A DNA stretch of 64,000 nucleotides, from sequence record OZ335961.1. One strand, written 5' to 3'. A program made the translations under genes and the position numbers. Of the stretch, positions 30,831 to 39,549 are shown piece after piece. The notes beneath the pieces were generated by a model. It worked only from the letters and a program-made list of their open reading frames with translations. It had not been told where the DNA came from and did not search any database. This DNA is from a phage. Positions within the stretch are counted from its first letter, which is position 1. Every line of letters begins with the position of its first letter.

Positions 30831-31352
30831 TTATCCTTTCATTGAAGGTGTAACAGTTGTTAAATACTTAATCATAGCTTCAGCTTCTGATTTTGATAAT
30901 GAAATTTCTCCATTGTTTTGACGAATAGAAATAAAATCCGGATGATGGTCACCACCAGCTTTTAAAATACACATATAAGTATCAGTTTCATCTTCAATAT
31001 CTGAAATGATTGAAGCAGTTCCACATGAATGTGGTTTTTGATAAATCAATACAGCTTTTCTTCCACCGTTTGACTGTTCATAAACTTTTAACACATCAAA
31101 CAAATCACTTCTTTTATCAATAGCTAAGATGTTGTTTTCATCTTCAATGTTAAATCCTTCGGATACTTCATAAAGTGTCACCCATAAATCGCCAATATCA
31201 ATAACAGCGTTCACTTTTCCATGACTTTCAAGAGCATTACAAATTTTCTTGATTTCATCATAACTCATTTTAATAATATCATCTCCTTGAATAAGAAAGA
31301 TGTCATTTTTAAATTCAACACGAATTAAACCGCTTTCACTTGAAATAAACAT
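30831..31352 (-). CDS. Hypothetical protein, paralog of the next gene
   Basis: 173 aa; shared GFNIE motif and similar C-terminus with 31359-31913. Confidence 0.55.
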   Translation of the reverse strand: MFISSESGLIRVEFKNDIFLIQGDDIIKMSYDEIKKICNALESHGKVNAVIDIGDLWVTLYEVSEGFNIEDENNILAIDKRSDLFDVLKVYEQSNGGRKAVLIYQKPHSCGTASIISDIEDETDTYMCILKAGGDHHPDFISIRQNNGEISLSKSEAEAMIKYLTTVTPSMKG

Positions 31353-31358
31353 ATTTCC

Positions 31359-31913
31359 TCACTTTGAAATCATAGTTGGAATGACAGAATCAAGATAAGT
31401 CTTTAGTAAAACAGCTTCTTCTTTGTTTAATACAACAACATTAACATCATTTACCGATTGACGAATAGTTAAGACATCTCCTTCTTCGTAACACTTTGAT
31501 ACATTTAAAACAGTTTCATAATTTTGATTACAAGCGTTAGTAATAATAGCATTGCAATTTTTAAACCATTTTAAACTATGTTTTCTTTCATTAGAATAAT
31601 AAAAATATTTAATCTTAGCTATAAAATTATCCCAATTATTAATTGATAAGCATATTGACTCGCTTTCAATATTAAATCCTGGGCATAAAGAATAAAAATG
31701 AATTTTATGCTCATCATTGATGCTTACAATTTTATCAGTATAAGGTTTTTCAATTTGGGTTAAATGAATGATTTCGCTAGGAGTAAAATATAGCATATCG
31801 TCTTCTTGTGTGAAACGATACATATTATTTACTTTTTCTATAGCCAATTCACCAAAAAGTGAACTAACTTCTAATACTAATCGTTTCATATTGATTCTCT
31901 TCGACTCACTCAC
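31359..31913 (-). CDS. Hypothetical protein, paralog of the previous gene
   Basis: 184 aa; GTG start with AAGGAG SD (ATG alternative at 31889). Confidence 0.5.
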   Translation of the reverse strand: MSESKRINMKRLVLEVSSLFGELAIEKVNNMYRFTQEDDMLYFTPSEIIHLTQIEKPYTDKIVSINDEHKIHFYSLCPGFNIESESICLSINNWDNFIAKIKYFYYSNERKHSLKWFKNCNAIITNACNQNYETVLNVSKCYEEGDVLTIRQSVNDVNVVVLNKEEAVLLKTYLDSVIPTMISK

Positions 31914-32046
31914 AATTACATACTCCTTTGAATAATATCAATAATGTTGTTCACCAGATTATAAGTAAACATTGGGTAATTATATTGAATCATCACATAC
32001 ACAACAAACAAAACTTTCATTCTCTTCTCCTTGGCAGTTGACAAGA

Positions 32047-32079
32047 TTACTATACCATAACCTTGCCAACTTGTAAACC
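32047..32079 (-). promoter_or_regulatory. T4-type early promoter
   Basis: GTTTACA then 17 nt then TGGTATAGT. Confidence 0.45.
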
Positions 32080-32080
32080 G

Positions 32081-32254
32081 TTAAATGACGTTTTCAATAA
32101 AATTCTGAAGCTTTGTGTGAGCATCAACCATGATTTTCATTTCTTCCTTTGCGAAAGCTGTACCTCTTTCTCGAGCAGAATACTCATAGTCAGAAACTGC
32201 ATTAGCATATTCTTCAATTAGCTTCATTAAAAACATCTGCTTTTCAGTTTTCAT
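32081..32254 (-). CDS. Small protein (57 aa), not in ORF track
   Basis: ATG 32254 with SD AGGTGG; overlaps the 3' end of the upstream ORF. Confidence 0.4.
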   Translation of the reverse strand: MKTEKQMFLMKLIEEYANAVSDYEYSARERGTAFAKEEMKIMVDAHTKLQNFIENVI

Positions 32255-32438
32255 TATTCCACCTAATCATTTCAAGATATTGAACTAACTTAGCTTTGGA
32301 TTTATCCAAATCTCTTTTAGCTGCTTCTATACCGTCGTATGAATATCCTTCACAATGCTCAACTGCCAATTGGTATGAATCTATTTCAATATCACGTGCT
32401 AATTTGATGATTTTTTCAAACTGTTCGCGTGTTAGCAT
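32244..32438 (-). CDS. Hypothetical protein
   Basis: 64 aa tiled ORF. Confidence 0.5.
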   Translation of the reverse strand: MLTREQFEKIIKLARDIEIDSYQLAVEHCEGYSYDGIEAAKRDLDKSKAKLVQYLEMIRWNNEN

Positions 32439-32440
32439 AC

Positions 32441-32659
32441 TTAAACTCTCGTATTATGATTGATAATTTCATCAAGAAACATGTCTAAAGCTTCTACAGC
32501 ATTATCAACTTTAGCTTCAAGTTCTTCAATACCTGACGAAGCAAAGTTAATGCGTTCCTCATCTGCTTTGCGAATTAAAGCTACCAATTCTTTAAATTTA
32601 TCTGCTTGTTCAATGCTAATCATTATTCCACCACGTATGAAAGAGAGAATATTGCACAC
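32441..32659 (-). CDS. Hypothetical protein
   Basis: 72 aa, GTG start. Confidence 0.45.
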   Translation of the reverse strand: MCNILSFIRGGIMISIEQADKFKELVALIRKADEERINFASSGIEELEAKVDNAVEALDMFLDEIINHNTRV

Positions 32660-32811
32660 GCCATATGAGTTGCAGCTTCATCACACATATCATAACGTTT
32701 CTTAAGAAGTTCTACAAGTTCTTCACTAGTAACTTCATCCATGTCGACGAAAAAATCACCATTAATGATGACGTAGATATTTCCTTCTTGATTGAGTGCT
32801 TCAATTTTCAT
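32623..32811 (-). CDS. Hypothetical protein
   Basis: ATG 32811 with AAGAGGAG SD; ORF-track start 32856 lies inside the promoter element. Confidence 0.5.
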   Translation of the reverse strand: MKIEALNQEGNIYVIINGDFFVDMDEVTSEELVELLKKRYDMCDEAATHMACAIFSLSYVVE

Positions 32812-32835
32812 GATGTTCTCCTCTTTATCCGATAG

Positions 32836-32871
32836 TTGTATAGTATCACAGCTCAAATGGAAAGTAAACCG
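32836..32871 (-). promoter_or_regulatory. T4-type early promoter
   Basis: GTTTACT / TGTGATACTAT element. Confidence 0.5.
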
Positions 32872-32885
32872 GTAAAATGAAAAAA

Positions 32886-32901
32886 GTCTCCCGAAGGAGA
32901 C
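32886..32901 (-). other. UUCG tetraloop hairpin
   Basis: GTCTCCCGAAGGAGAC. Confidence 0.55.
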
Positions 32902-32906
32902 TAATG

Positions 32907-33293
32907 TTATTCGAGGGAAAGAAGATATTTGCTCTGGTAAAACATCCCAGTAATATCATCTATCGTGCTTTGAATGGCTGGAGGCATTTCTTTATAAATG
33001 CTGTTAGATTGGTCTAGTATGTGATCAATCATTTTAATTGTGTCGGTAGGAAGTTTACTAGCATCTGGAATTGAAGGTGTGTATTTTCTACCAGAATACC
33101 CCAAATATTGCTCACCAAATTTATCAATCAAATCTGGCAACTCAGAGAAAATAAAATCGTATGCTTTGTGTCTAGCATAACTTTTAGTTTCAAAATGAGC
33201 AGAATGAAAATAAGCTTGTGCAGCCATTAATAAACCTAAGTATTCATCTGCCTTTGAAGGTTTTCCACTCTGTGAAAAGTCGCTGAATTTCAT
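32907..33293 (-). CDS. Hypothetical protein (rI.-1 position)
   Basis: 128 aa directly upstream of rI. Confidence 0.55.
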   Translation of the reverse strand: MKFSDFSQSGKPSKADEYLGLLMAAQAYFHSAHFETKSYARHKAYDFIFSELPDLIDKFGEQYLGYSGRKYTPSIPDASKLPTDTIKMIDHILDQSNSIYKEMPPAIQSTIDDITGMFYQSKYLLSLE

Positions 33294-33583
33294 TCAGTCT
33301 CCAATTTAATGTTCATAATTCTAGCGTATGATTGTGCCATCTCCGCGCCTCGCTCTATACATTCAAAATCGGAAGAGCACGGGTCATTTTTATAAGTCGT
33401 TCGCATAAAACTATAGAACTGTTCAGATGATTCTACGCTTTTATTTTCAAAAAGCATATAAACGTGTCTAATACCAGATTCCATAAATTTATCAAAATGA
33501 GGATCGACATTCGCTTCAATCGGTGGAGATAAAGCAAACGCTAATCCTAGCATGGCAAATAGTGCCGTTGCTTTTAAGGCCAT
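33290..33583 (-). CDS. rI: rI lysis inhibition regulator (signal-anchor protein)
   Basis: 97 aa, near-identical to T4 rI as recalled (MALKATALFAMLGL...). Confidence 0.9.
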   Translation of the reverse strand: MALKATALFAMLGLAFALSPPIEANVDPHFDKFMESGIRHVYMLFENKSVESSEQFYSFMRTTYKNDPCSSDFECIERGAEMAQSYARIMNIKLETE

Positions 33584-33595
33584 AAAGGCCTCCTA

Positions 33596-33808
33596 TCATT
33601 TTTGTCCTGTATTTACTTTATGCCGGTGCACGGCCTTAACTTTATCAAGGTATTTTTCAAAATTTCGCAATCTAGTATAGTCTGCTGGAGATTGGTTGAG
33701 TGATACTTCTCGACGCAAAGCTGAAATGATATTTCCAACTTCCCTACGAATTTCATCTAATTGAAGAACAGTAAGATTGCGAAGTTGCTTTTCAGTTAAT
33801 TGTAGCAT
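33596..33808 (-). CDS. Hypothetical protein
   Basis: 70 aa tiled ORF. Confidence 0.5.
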
Positions 33809-33850
33809 ATATACCCCTTTAGTTAGATAAACCTATTTATAACTTTTGCA

Positions 33851-34432
33851 CTAACCGAGCTTTTTAGTTAATTCATTCCAATGTTTTCTGCACAAAGAAA
33901 CATAAATTTCATCACCAATACAGATTTGATTACCTTCTTTAACTGGTGTTCCATCTTCCATTAATCGAGCTGTCATAATAGCTTTTTTACCACAATGACA
34001 AACTGCTTTTAGTTCAATAAGTTTATCTGCAATCGCCAAAAGTTCTTTAGAACCTTCAAATAATTTTCCAGCGAAATCAGTCCTTAGACCATAAGCCATA
34101 ACAGGAACATTATATGTATCAACAATTCTGCTTAATTGATGTACCTGTTCAGTTTTTAAAAACTGGGCTTCATCTACAAATACACAATGAATATCTTTTT
34201 GTGCTTCAGCCCATTTATAGAACTCAAAAATATCCATATCATCCGTAATAATATTCGCTTCCTGTTTAATTCCAATGCGAGAAACGACTTCACAGACAGA
34301 ATCGCGAGTATCAATAGCAGGCTTAAGAACTAATACACCCATTCCACGTTCTTTATAATTATGCGCAGCAGTCAAAAGAGAAGCAGATTTTCCAGCATTC
34401 ATTGCTGCATAAGTAAAAATTAAACTCGCCAT
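33851..34432 (-). CDS. tk: Thymidine kinase
   Basis: 193 aa, Walker A AAMNAGKS, near-identical to T4 Tk as recalled. Confidence 0.95.
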   Translation of the reverse strand: MASLIFTYAAMNAGKSASLLTAAHNYKERGMGVLVLKPAIDTRDSVCEVVSRIGIKQEANIITDDMDIFEFYKWAEAQKDIHCVFVDEAQFLKTEQVHQLSRIVDTYNVPVMAYGLRTDFAGKLFEGSKELLAIADKLIELKAVCHCGKKAIMTARLMEDGTPVKEGNQICIGDEIYVSLCRKHWNELTKKLG

Positions 34433-34441
34433 ATCACCTTC

Positions 34442-34627
34442 TTAAAGCGTATTCACATAAGCTATTAATTCGTTTTCTTTCTTATCAAACCGATCAGCAA
34501 ATTCTTCTTGCTGTTCGGGAGATAGCGGGCCATATTCATCATAAAAGGTGTTTGCTTCTGTATGCTCATCTAGAAGTTCATGGATAAGCTCAAACAATTT
34601 ATCTTTTTGTTCTTTACTCAGACTCAT
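34442..34627 (-). CDS. Hypothetical acidic protein
   Basis: 61 aa tiled ORF. Confidence 0.5.
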   Translation of the reverse strand: MSLSKEQKDKLFELIHELLDEHTEANTFYDEYGPLSPEQQEEFADRFDKKENELIAYVNTL

Positions 34628-34797
34628 ATATTAATTTCCAGGAGTTTTAAAATAATTCGCTTTTGCTTAAATATTTCCACAGTTAAATGATCAGTATCTT
34701 TTTGGTCAATTCCAGTTGCAAAACCTTTATTAACAGCGAGTTCAATTAAATTATCAAGTTCACGTAACACTTCATATTGTAGCTCAGAACTATTCAT
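34624..34797 (-). CDS. Small protein (57 aa), not in ORF track
   Basis: ATG 34797 overlaps upstream stop (ATGA); its stop overlaps next ATG (ATGA). Confidence 0.45.
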   Translation of the reverse strand: MNSSELQYEVLRELDNLIELAVNKGFATGIDQKDTDHLTVEIFKQKRIILKLLEINI

Positions 34798-35021
34798 TTC
34801 GGTTTACCTTCTTTAACGAAATCAGGATAAGGATAAAATCCTGAATAAAATCCTTCACCTTTATGATTGATGCATCCTTTATTAGAACAATAGCACCAAT
34901 AATCGAAATCACAAGTCATTTCATCATTACATAAAGCAAAAACAACTGGCCATTTACACTTTTCGCAGTGGGCATTTTTAAGAATACTAGTTTGGCTCAT
35001 AACCATGTAACCTTTAAGCAA
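34794..35021 (-). CDS. Cys-rich small protein (possible Zn-binding)
   Basis: 75 aa with 9 Cys (CEKCKW, CNDEMTC, CYCSNKGC). Confidence 0.5.
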   Translation of the reverse strand: MLKGYMVMSQTSILKNAHCEKCKWPVVFALCNDEMTCDFDYWCYCSNKGCINHKGEGFYSGFYPYPDFVKEGKPK

Positions 35022-35209
35022 TATTCTTCTACATGTTGTTTACGACCTTTCTTATCAATAAAGGTATATTCAACGAATGTTCCAATATAGTCTTTATCTA
35101 CATTATGTGGACTATTAATTGGGCATTTAGTACGGCAAATGCGTTCCCATTGACGAATAACTTCTGCTTTGTTTTTAGGATCAAACGGATGCGGGTAATG
35201 TACTTTCAT
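34997..35209 (-). CDS. Hypothetical protein
   Basis: 70 aa tiled ORF. Confidence 0.45.
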   Translation of the reverse strand: MKVHYPHPFDPKNKAEVIRQWERICRTKCPINSPHNVDKDYIGTFVEYTFIDKKGRKQHVEEYCLKVTWL

Positions 35210-35660
35210 AATCCACCACTATTAAATCAATATCAGGAGTAAACATGTCGATTAATTTAGAAACCTTATCCCAATCACCGCCAGCAATACCACAACCTAT
35301 GCGTGGAATATAAATTACTGGTTTAAACAAAAGGGTTTCTGCCTGTTGATTTAATTCTATCATACAGTTTACTAAAGCACCATAATCAAGATTAGGACCC
35401 GGTTCGTATTGCGTATACAGGTTATAGCATATACCAAATCCCGTAGGATTATGTTTAAAAACAATAGACATATCGCCTAATTTATCACGAGAACCGTACT
35501 CGGTAGTGGTTTTATCTATTTCTAAAATTTTGGGATAGGCTCTTGCTAATTGACCTGCTACACCAGAGCCCATTGTGTGGAAGCAATTGCACCCGTGCGC
35601 AATAATATTACCTTGAAGAAATAGGGCGACAATATCGCCCTTGATATATTTTACAATCAT
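35181..35660 (-). CDS. Macro-domain-like protein (putative ADP-ribose binding/processing)
   Basis: 159 aa; motifs KGDIVA, HGCNCF..GSGVAGQLA, IGCGIAGG resemble macro domain signatures. Confidence 0.5.
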   Translation of the reverse strand: MIVKYIKGDIVALFLQGNIIAHGCNCFHTMGSGVAGQLARAYPKILEIDKTTTEYGSRDKLGDMSIVFKHNPTGFGICYNLYTQYEPGPNLDYGALVNCMIELNQQAETLLFKPVIYIPRIGCGIAGGDWDKVSKLIDMFTPDIDLIVVDYESTLPASV

Positions 35661-36004
35661 CTAGTACTCAATCCTCGATTATAAGAATCTACTAAACGGT
35701 CAACCATTGAATGACAAGCGGCTTTATCTTTCTCCTCCGCAACTGAACATTCTAAAGTATTCCACTTTTTAGCATATCGTTTTAACAATGTATCATTTTT
35801 ATATCTGCTTGATTTATCTCTTTCTCCATCTTTATATGCATATATTAATTTCTGCGCAAATTCAGCTTGGCATGCTTTATTTTTTCCGCAATAATCCGCG
35901 GCAGTACGGTTTACATACTCTCTAATTTCAGTATATGATGTATCTGCTGATGCAGAAGCAGAAAATGAAATTAATCCTATACATAAAACCAAAATTTTAG
36001 TCAT
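35657..36004 (-). CDS. Secreted/periplasmic small protein
   Basis: 115 aa, N-terminal signal peptide (MTKILVLCIGLISFSASASA). Confidence 0.55.
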   Translation of the reverse strand: MTKILVLCIGLISFSASASADTSYTEIREYVNRTAADYCGKNKACQAEFAQKLIYAYKDGERDKSSRYKNDTLLKRYAKKWNTLECSVAEEKDKAACHSMVDRLVDSYNRGLSTR

Positions 36005-36542
36005 TTACTATTTCCAAAAGTTTATTATTTTTAAGGTAGTTAGCCTTTTCTAGGACTTCAGAAGCATATTTAGAACCTGCTTTAACATTCCATCCCGAAT
36101 TATAAGAGGATATTGCTTTTCTTATATCGCCCTTATGTATATTTAACCAATAAGAAAGTTCAATGTACGCCCAGGAAGCTGAATTGGACCGTTTATTCAA
36201 CATTCTTTTTATTTCAGCATCGGTCATATTATAACCAAGTTCCTTAACTCTTGCTCGCATGGTTGGCAAATAATTTTGGAACATTCCGTAGGCATGATGC
36301 TTTGGTTTAGATTTTAAATTAACTCCGGCAGAGCTTTCTTGCCATAAAATAGCAGCCATTATATGACCTAATCCGCTTTTGTGGATATTTTTGTGTGTTT
36401 TATATTTTCCATCCTTAGAAAATTGTTCCCCGAATTGATATGCGTAACGCATGTTATCGAGTTGGACATTACTGAAAGTATGCTCGGAGCTATGCGCCAT
36501 CATTGAAATGGCCAATAGACCAGCGAGTAGTGCTTTTCTCAT
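35997..36542 (-). CDS. Secreted lytic transglycosylase-like protein
   Basis: 181 aa; signal peptide; motifs WQESS and GMFQ typical of lysozyme-like Slt domains. Confidence 0.55.
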   Translation of the reverse strand: MRKALLAGLLAISMMAHSSEHTFSNVQLDNMRYAYQFGEQFSKDGKYKTHKNIHKSGLGHIMAAILWQESSAGVNLKSKPKHHAYGMFQNYLPTMRARVKELGYNMTDAEIKRMLNKRSNSASWAYIELSYWLNIHKGDIRKAISSYNSGWNVKAGSKYASEVLEKANYLKNNKLLEIVND

Positions 36543-36549
36543 GCTTACC

Positions 36550-37011
36550 TCATTGAGTTTTAATTACTGCTTTAGAAGCCTTTCCTGGTAAACGACGACT
36601 GTTGATAATTGCCATCCTGCACTGAAGTGACGGGTCTTTGAACTTCGCATTAGGTTTACAAACTGTAAATCCAAGCCAAAGATTTCCATCTGTGATTTCT
36701 AAACGTCCAGGACGATATTCGACCCCATCAATAAAATCCTCGTCAATGTCAGGACGCGGAGGCATACTCAAGAATTCATTAACTTCTAAAACATGGTCTT
36801 TTATTTTGTGGAATAATTCAAAAACATATGTCTCATCAATCTCCCGCTGAATTGCACGATCAAGAAGATGCTGAGAATATTTTAGATGAAACGATGAGAC
36901 TCCTGCTGCTTTTGATGCCTCACGAATCTCATTGTTAATTTGACGAAACTCCGACTCAAAGTGACGACGGAGCTTATTTCGACGGATAAAAACTTCTGTG
37001 TTGATAGTCAT
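36550..37011 (-). CDS. regB: RegB endoribonuclease
   Basis: 153 aa, near-identical to T4 RegB as recalled. Confidence 0.93.
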   Translation of the reverse strand: MTINTEVFIRRNKLRRHFESEFRQINNEIREASKAAGVSSFHLKYSQHLLDRAIQREIDETYVFELFHKIKDHVLEVNEFLSMPPRPDIDEDFIDGVEYRPGRLEITDGNLWLGFTVCKPNAKFKDPSLQCRMAIINSRRLPGKASKAVIKTQ

Positions 37012-37037
37012 GTTATTCTCCTCTTAACTGATAGAAA

Positions 37038-37069
37038 AATTATACCACAGTCAAGAGGAAAAGTAAACA
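37038..37069 (-). promoter_or_regulatory. T4-type early promoter for regB
   Basis: GTTTACT then 17 nt then TGTGGTATAAT. Confidence 0.55.
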
Positions 37070-37070
37070 G

Positions 37071-37349
37071 TTATTCTTTAAATCTAATCAATTTATTCAT
37101 AGACTTTGAAACTTCTGCACGGACCTCATGTAGGTTTTTAAGCTGTTCAAGACGTTGCTCATAGTAAGCAATTTCATCTTCTTCAAGACAGTCCTGTGAA
37201 TCTTCTTTAAGATAACGTGCATAGTCCTGGAAAGCTTTACGGACTACTTCTTGGAAGTCATCAAGACTTTGAATTTTCTTAGGAGCAACAGATACACGAC
37301 GAGGGGCAGTATAATACTCATAACCAAACCCTGCGCTTAATTGAGCCAT
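37071..37349 (-). CDS. Hypothetical protein
   Basis: ATG 37349 ([13 protein letters not shown]...) coupled to upstream stop; ORF-track start 37391 overlaps the upstream gene. Confidence 0.5.
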   Translation of the reverse strand: MAQLSAGFGYEYYTAPRRVSVAPKKIQSLDDFQEVVRKAFQDYARYLKEDSQDCLEEDEIAYYEQRLEQLKNLHEVRAEVSKSMNKLIRFKE

Positions 37350-37615
37350 TAGTATTTTTCCTCTGGTTGGAACACAGCACGACAAGCCCACATACTGGCT
37401 TCTTTGAGTTTCGTTTTAGCAATAGTTAACTGATCGAGGCTTTCAGCATAATTCTTCGTGAATTCACAGTCTTCACAATTATCTAGTGCTTCCCAGAATT
37501 CATCATATAAAGCATCAAAGATAAGTCCTAAACGAACTTCAGCATCTTTGATAGCATTCACTTTACTGATTTTATCGTCAGTATGTGGCTTATAACCTTT
37601 AATATCTTCAATCAT
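37349..37615 (-). CDS. Small acidic protein at the T4 vs.4 position (possible Acb2-like sponge)
   Basis: 88 aa; position in the regB-ipII gene block; identification from gene order only, not sequence-verified. Confidence 0.4.
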   Translation of the reverse strand: MIEDIKGYKPHTDDKISKVNAIKDAEVRLGLIFDALYDEFWEALDNCEDCEFTKNYAESLDQLTIAKTKLKEASMWACRAVFQPEEKY

Positions 37616-37829
37616 ATTCTACTTCCTCACCAGTGCCCAAATCATATTCAACTAAACGAATAGGTTCATGAATGCCATATCCTTGAACAGAAATTTCTGT
37701 TGTAGGATAAATTCCATTAATATCACCCATGTTCCATGCTTCATTAAATTGCTGTTCGCCTGAATTACTAAACCATTCGGCGAAAGCATTTAACACATCT
37801 TCAGAACCTTCAATAATTATCTTTGCCAT
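37608..37829 (-). CDS. Hypothetical acidic protein
   Basis: 73 aa tiled ORF. Confidence 0.5.
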   Translation of the reverse strand: MAKIIIEGSEDVLNAFAEWFSNSGEQQFNEAWNMGDINGIYPTTEISVQGYGIHEPIRLVEYDLGTGEEVEYD

Positions 37830-38191
37830 TACAAGCTCTCAGTAAAGGTACGAGCAATAACGTCGCGTTGCTGTTCCGGAGTCAGAGAGTTAAAGCGAAC
37901 TGCATATCCGGATACACGGATGGTCAGCTGCGGATATTTTTCCGGATGCTTAACTGCATCTTCCAGAGTTTCACGACGCAGAACGTTAACGTTCAGGTGT
38001 TGACCACCTTCAATTTTAACTGTAGGTTGTGTTTCAATTTCAATTTCACGGGTGTGCAAACCGTAGAAAATTTCTGGGTCTACAAAAGAGTCCTCTTTAA
38101 AGGTTTTAGAAACAATAATTCGTGCTTGAATACCATCTTCAAAATAAATAGTACCTTTATGTGTGCCTTCAAGAATTTGATATGCTTTCAT
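37829..38191 (-). CDS. Autonomous glycyl radical cofactor (GrcA/YfiD-like)
   Basis: 120 aa; C-terminus [29 protein letters not shown] matches E. coli GrcA glycyl radical region. Confidence 0.85.
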   Translation of the reverse strand: MKAYQILEGTHKGTIYFEDGIQARIIVSKTFKEDSFVDPEIFYGLHTREIEIETQPTVKIEGGQHLNVNVLRRETLEDAVKHPEKYPQLTIRVSGYAVRFNSLTPEQQRDVIARTFTESL

Positions 38192-38198
38192 ATAAACC

Positions 38199-38528
38199 TC
38201 AATTAGAAAATAAATTTATCCAAGATTGCTCTTTAATTAAAAATGGCTCAGAATCATATGCCATTAAACTTTGGGTGATTAGTCCTTTAAAAGGTCCATC
38301 AATAAATTCCATGGTAAAATACGGAATTTTATTCATTAATCTTGCATTAGGAGCAGTACACAAAACTCTGCATCCTTTGAATACGCCTTTTTGTAATTTG
38401 TACTGCTTAGGATAAAATTCGCTCAAGACGTTATTATTTGCTAAAATTTCAAAATGATTCACCAATTTATTTTTAATAGTTTTTGGCGAAAAATAAAGAT
38501 ATTCGAAAAGTTGCGTATCTGTCATCAT
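38199..38528 (-). CDS. Hypothetical protein
   Basis: Likely start [12 protein letters not shown] near 38528. Confidence 0.45.
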   Translation of the reverse strand: MMTDTQLFEYLYFSPKTIKNKLVNHFEILANNNVLSEFYPKQYKLQKGVFKGCRVLCTAPNARLMNKIPYFTMEFIDGPFKGLITQSLMAYDSEPFLIKEQSWINLFSN

Positions 38529-39112
38529 TGCATTCCAATTACGAAAAACTGCGGACGAGTAATACCACCAATGCAGCATTTACTATTGCAGCAGTGTTGC
38601 ACAGTTTCAATATGAATATCATAAATTTTATCCATATCAGGAGATTTAACAGGCTCATCGATTATATACAAAATTCGAGAAAGCGATAAACCTCTGAACT
38701 TGCTACCTCTATTACCAACAAAACTACGGACAGAATCGGTAAATAAGCGGAATCGAATATCATCGCTAGAATAACGAGAAAATTCTTTTTTAATGTGGCC
38801 CGCAGAAATTTTAGCGTAAGCTGAAGTATTAGAAAGAACAATAACTGTTCCACCATCATATAACCAATTAGCGGCAAAATTAGTTACTGCAGTTGATTTA
38901 CCAGATTGACGTCCACCATCTAGTCGAAGTGTGCAATACTGTTTGAGTAAGTCTTCAAATGGTGGGATATAATCGTTTTTACAAATTTCTTCTACTCTAG
39001 CATCAGAATGGTGTGTAAAAGCATTCATCAGGGATAGATAAGGACCAGTTAAAAATGTTCTCATTTTATTCTCTCTAAATTTGGGCCATTCCATGGCGCA
39101 TGAATTATCCAT
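38525..39112 (-). CDS. P-loop NTPase of unknown function at the position where T4 has denV
   Basis: Walker A GGRQSGKST, Walker B-like ILYIIDE; likely start MRTFLTG at about 39064. Confidence 0.55.
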   Translation of the reverse strand: MDNSCAMEWPKFRENKMRTFLTGPYLSLMNAFTHHSDARVEEICKNDYIPPFEDLLKQYCTLRLDGGRQSGKSTAVTNFAANWLYDGGTVIVLSNTSAYAKISAGHIKKEFSRYSSDDIRFRLFTDSVRSFVGNRGSKFRGLSLSRILYIIDEPVKSPDMDKIYDIHIETVQHCCNSKCCIGGITRPQFFVIGMQ

Positions 39113-39205
39113 TTCTGTATTTACCCATTACCGCACTTGGGCTCGACCTTATTACAGGTTGGCGGGAATCCCTCATAGAATCATGAGGTCCAGCTTGTTC
39201 CCATG

Positions 39206-39508
39206 TTATTTGCCTTTAATTACTTTAGCTGCTTCGATAGCCGCTTGCTGAAGGTCATCCATAGACATACCGAATTTAGAAGCAAAGTTATCAATTTTCT
39301 TTTCGACGGCATTCAAAGGCTTGGCCTGTTTACCTTCATTAGCGCCAGGAAGAGCGAGAATACGCTCTTTGTCAATATAAAGGCTTACAAGTTTCTTACG
39401 GTCTTTATCGGACAAATCATGAAATGAATGGGCCTTTTTATTTATAGCGGCTTCTAATTTACCTGCACTCACTCGCGCTTCAGTAATAAATTCTTGATAT
39501 GTTTTCAT
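39206..39508 (-). CDS. ipII: Internal protein II
   Basis: 100 aa; N-terminal capsid-targeting sequence MKTYQEFITEA; adjacent to ipIII and e as in T4. Confidence 0.75.
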   Translation of the reverse strand: MKTYQEFITEARVSAGKLEAAINKKAHSFHDLSDKDRKKLVSLYIDKERILALPGANEGKQAKPLNAVEKKIDNFASKFGMSMDDLQQAAIEAAKVIKGK

Positions 39509-39549
39509 ATGTTTCCTTTAAATGTAAATAGGCCTAAGTATCGGCCTTA

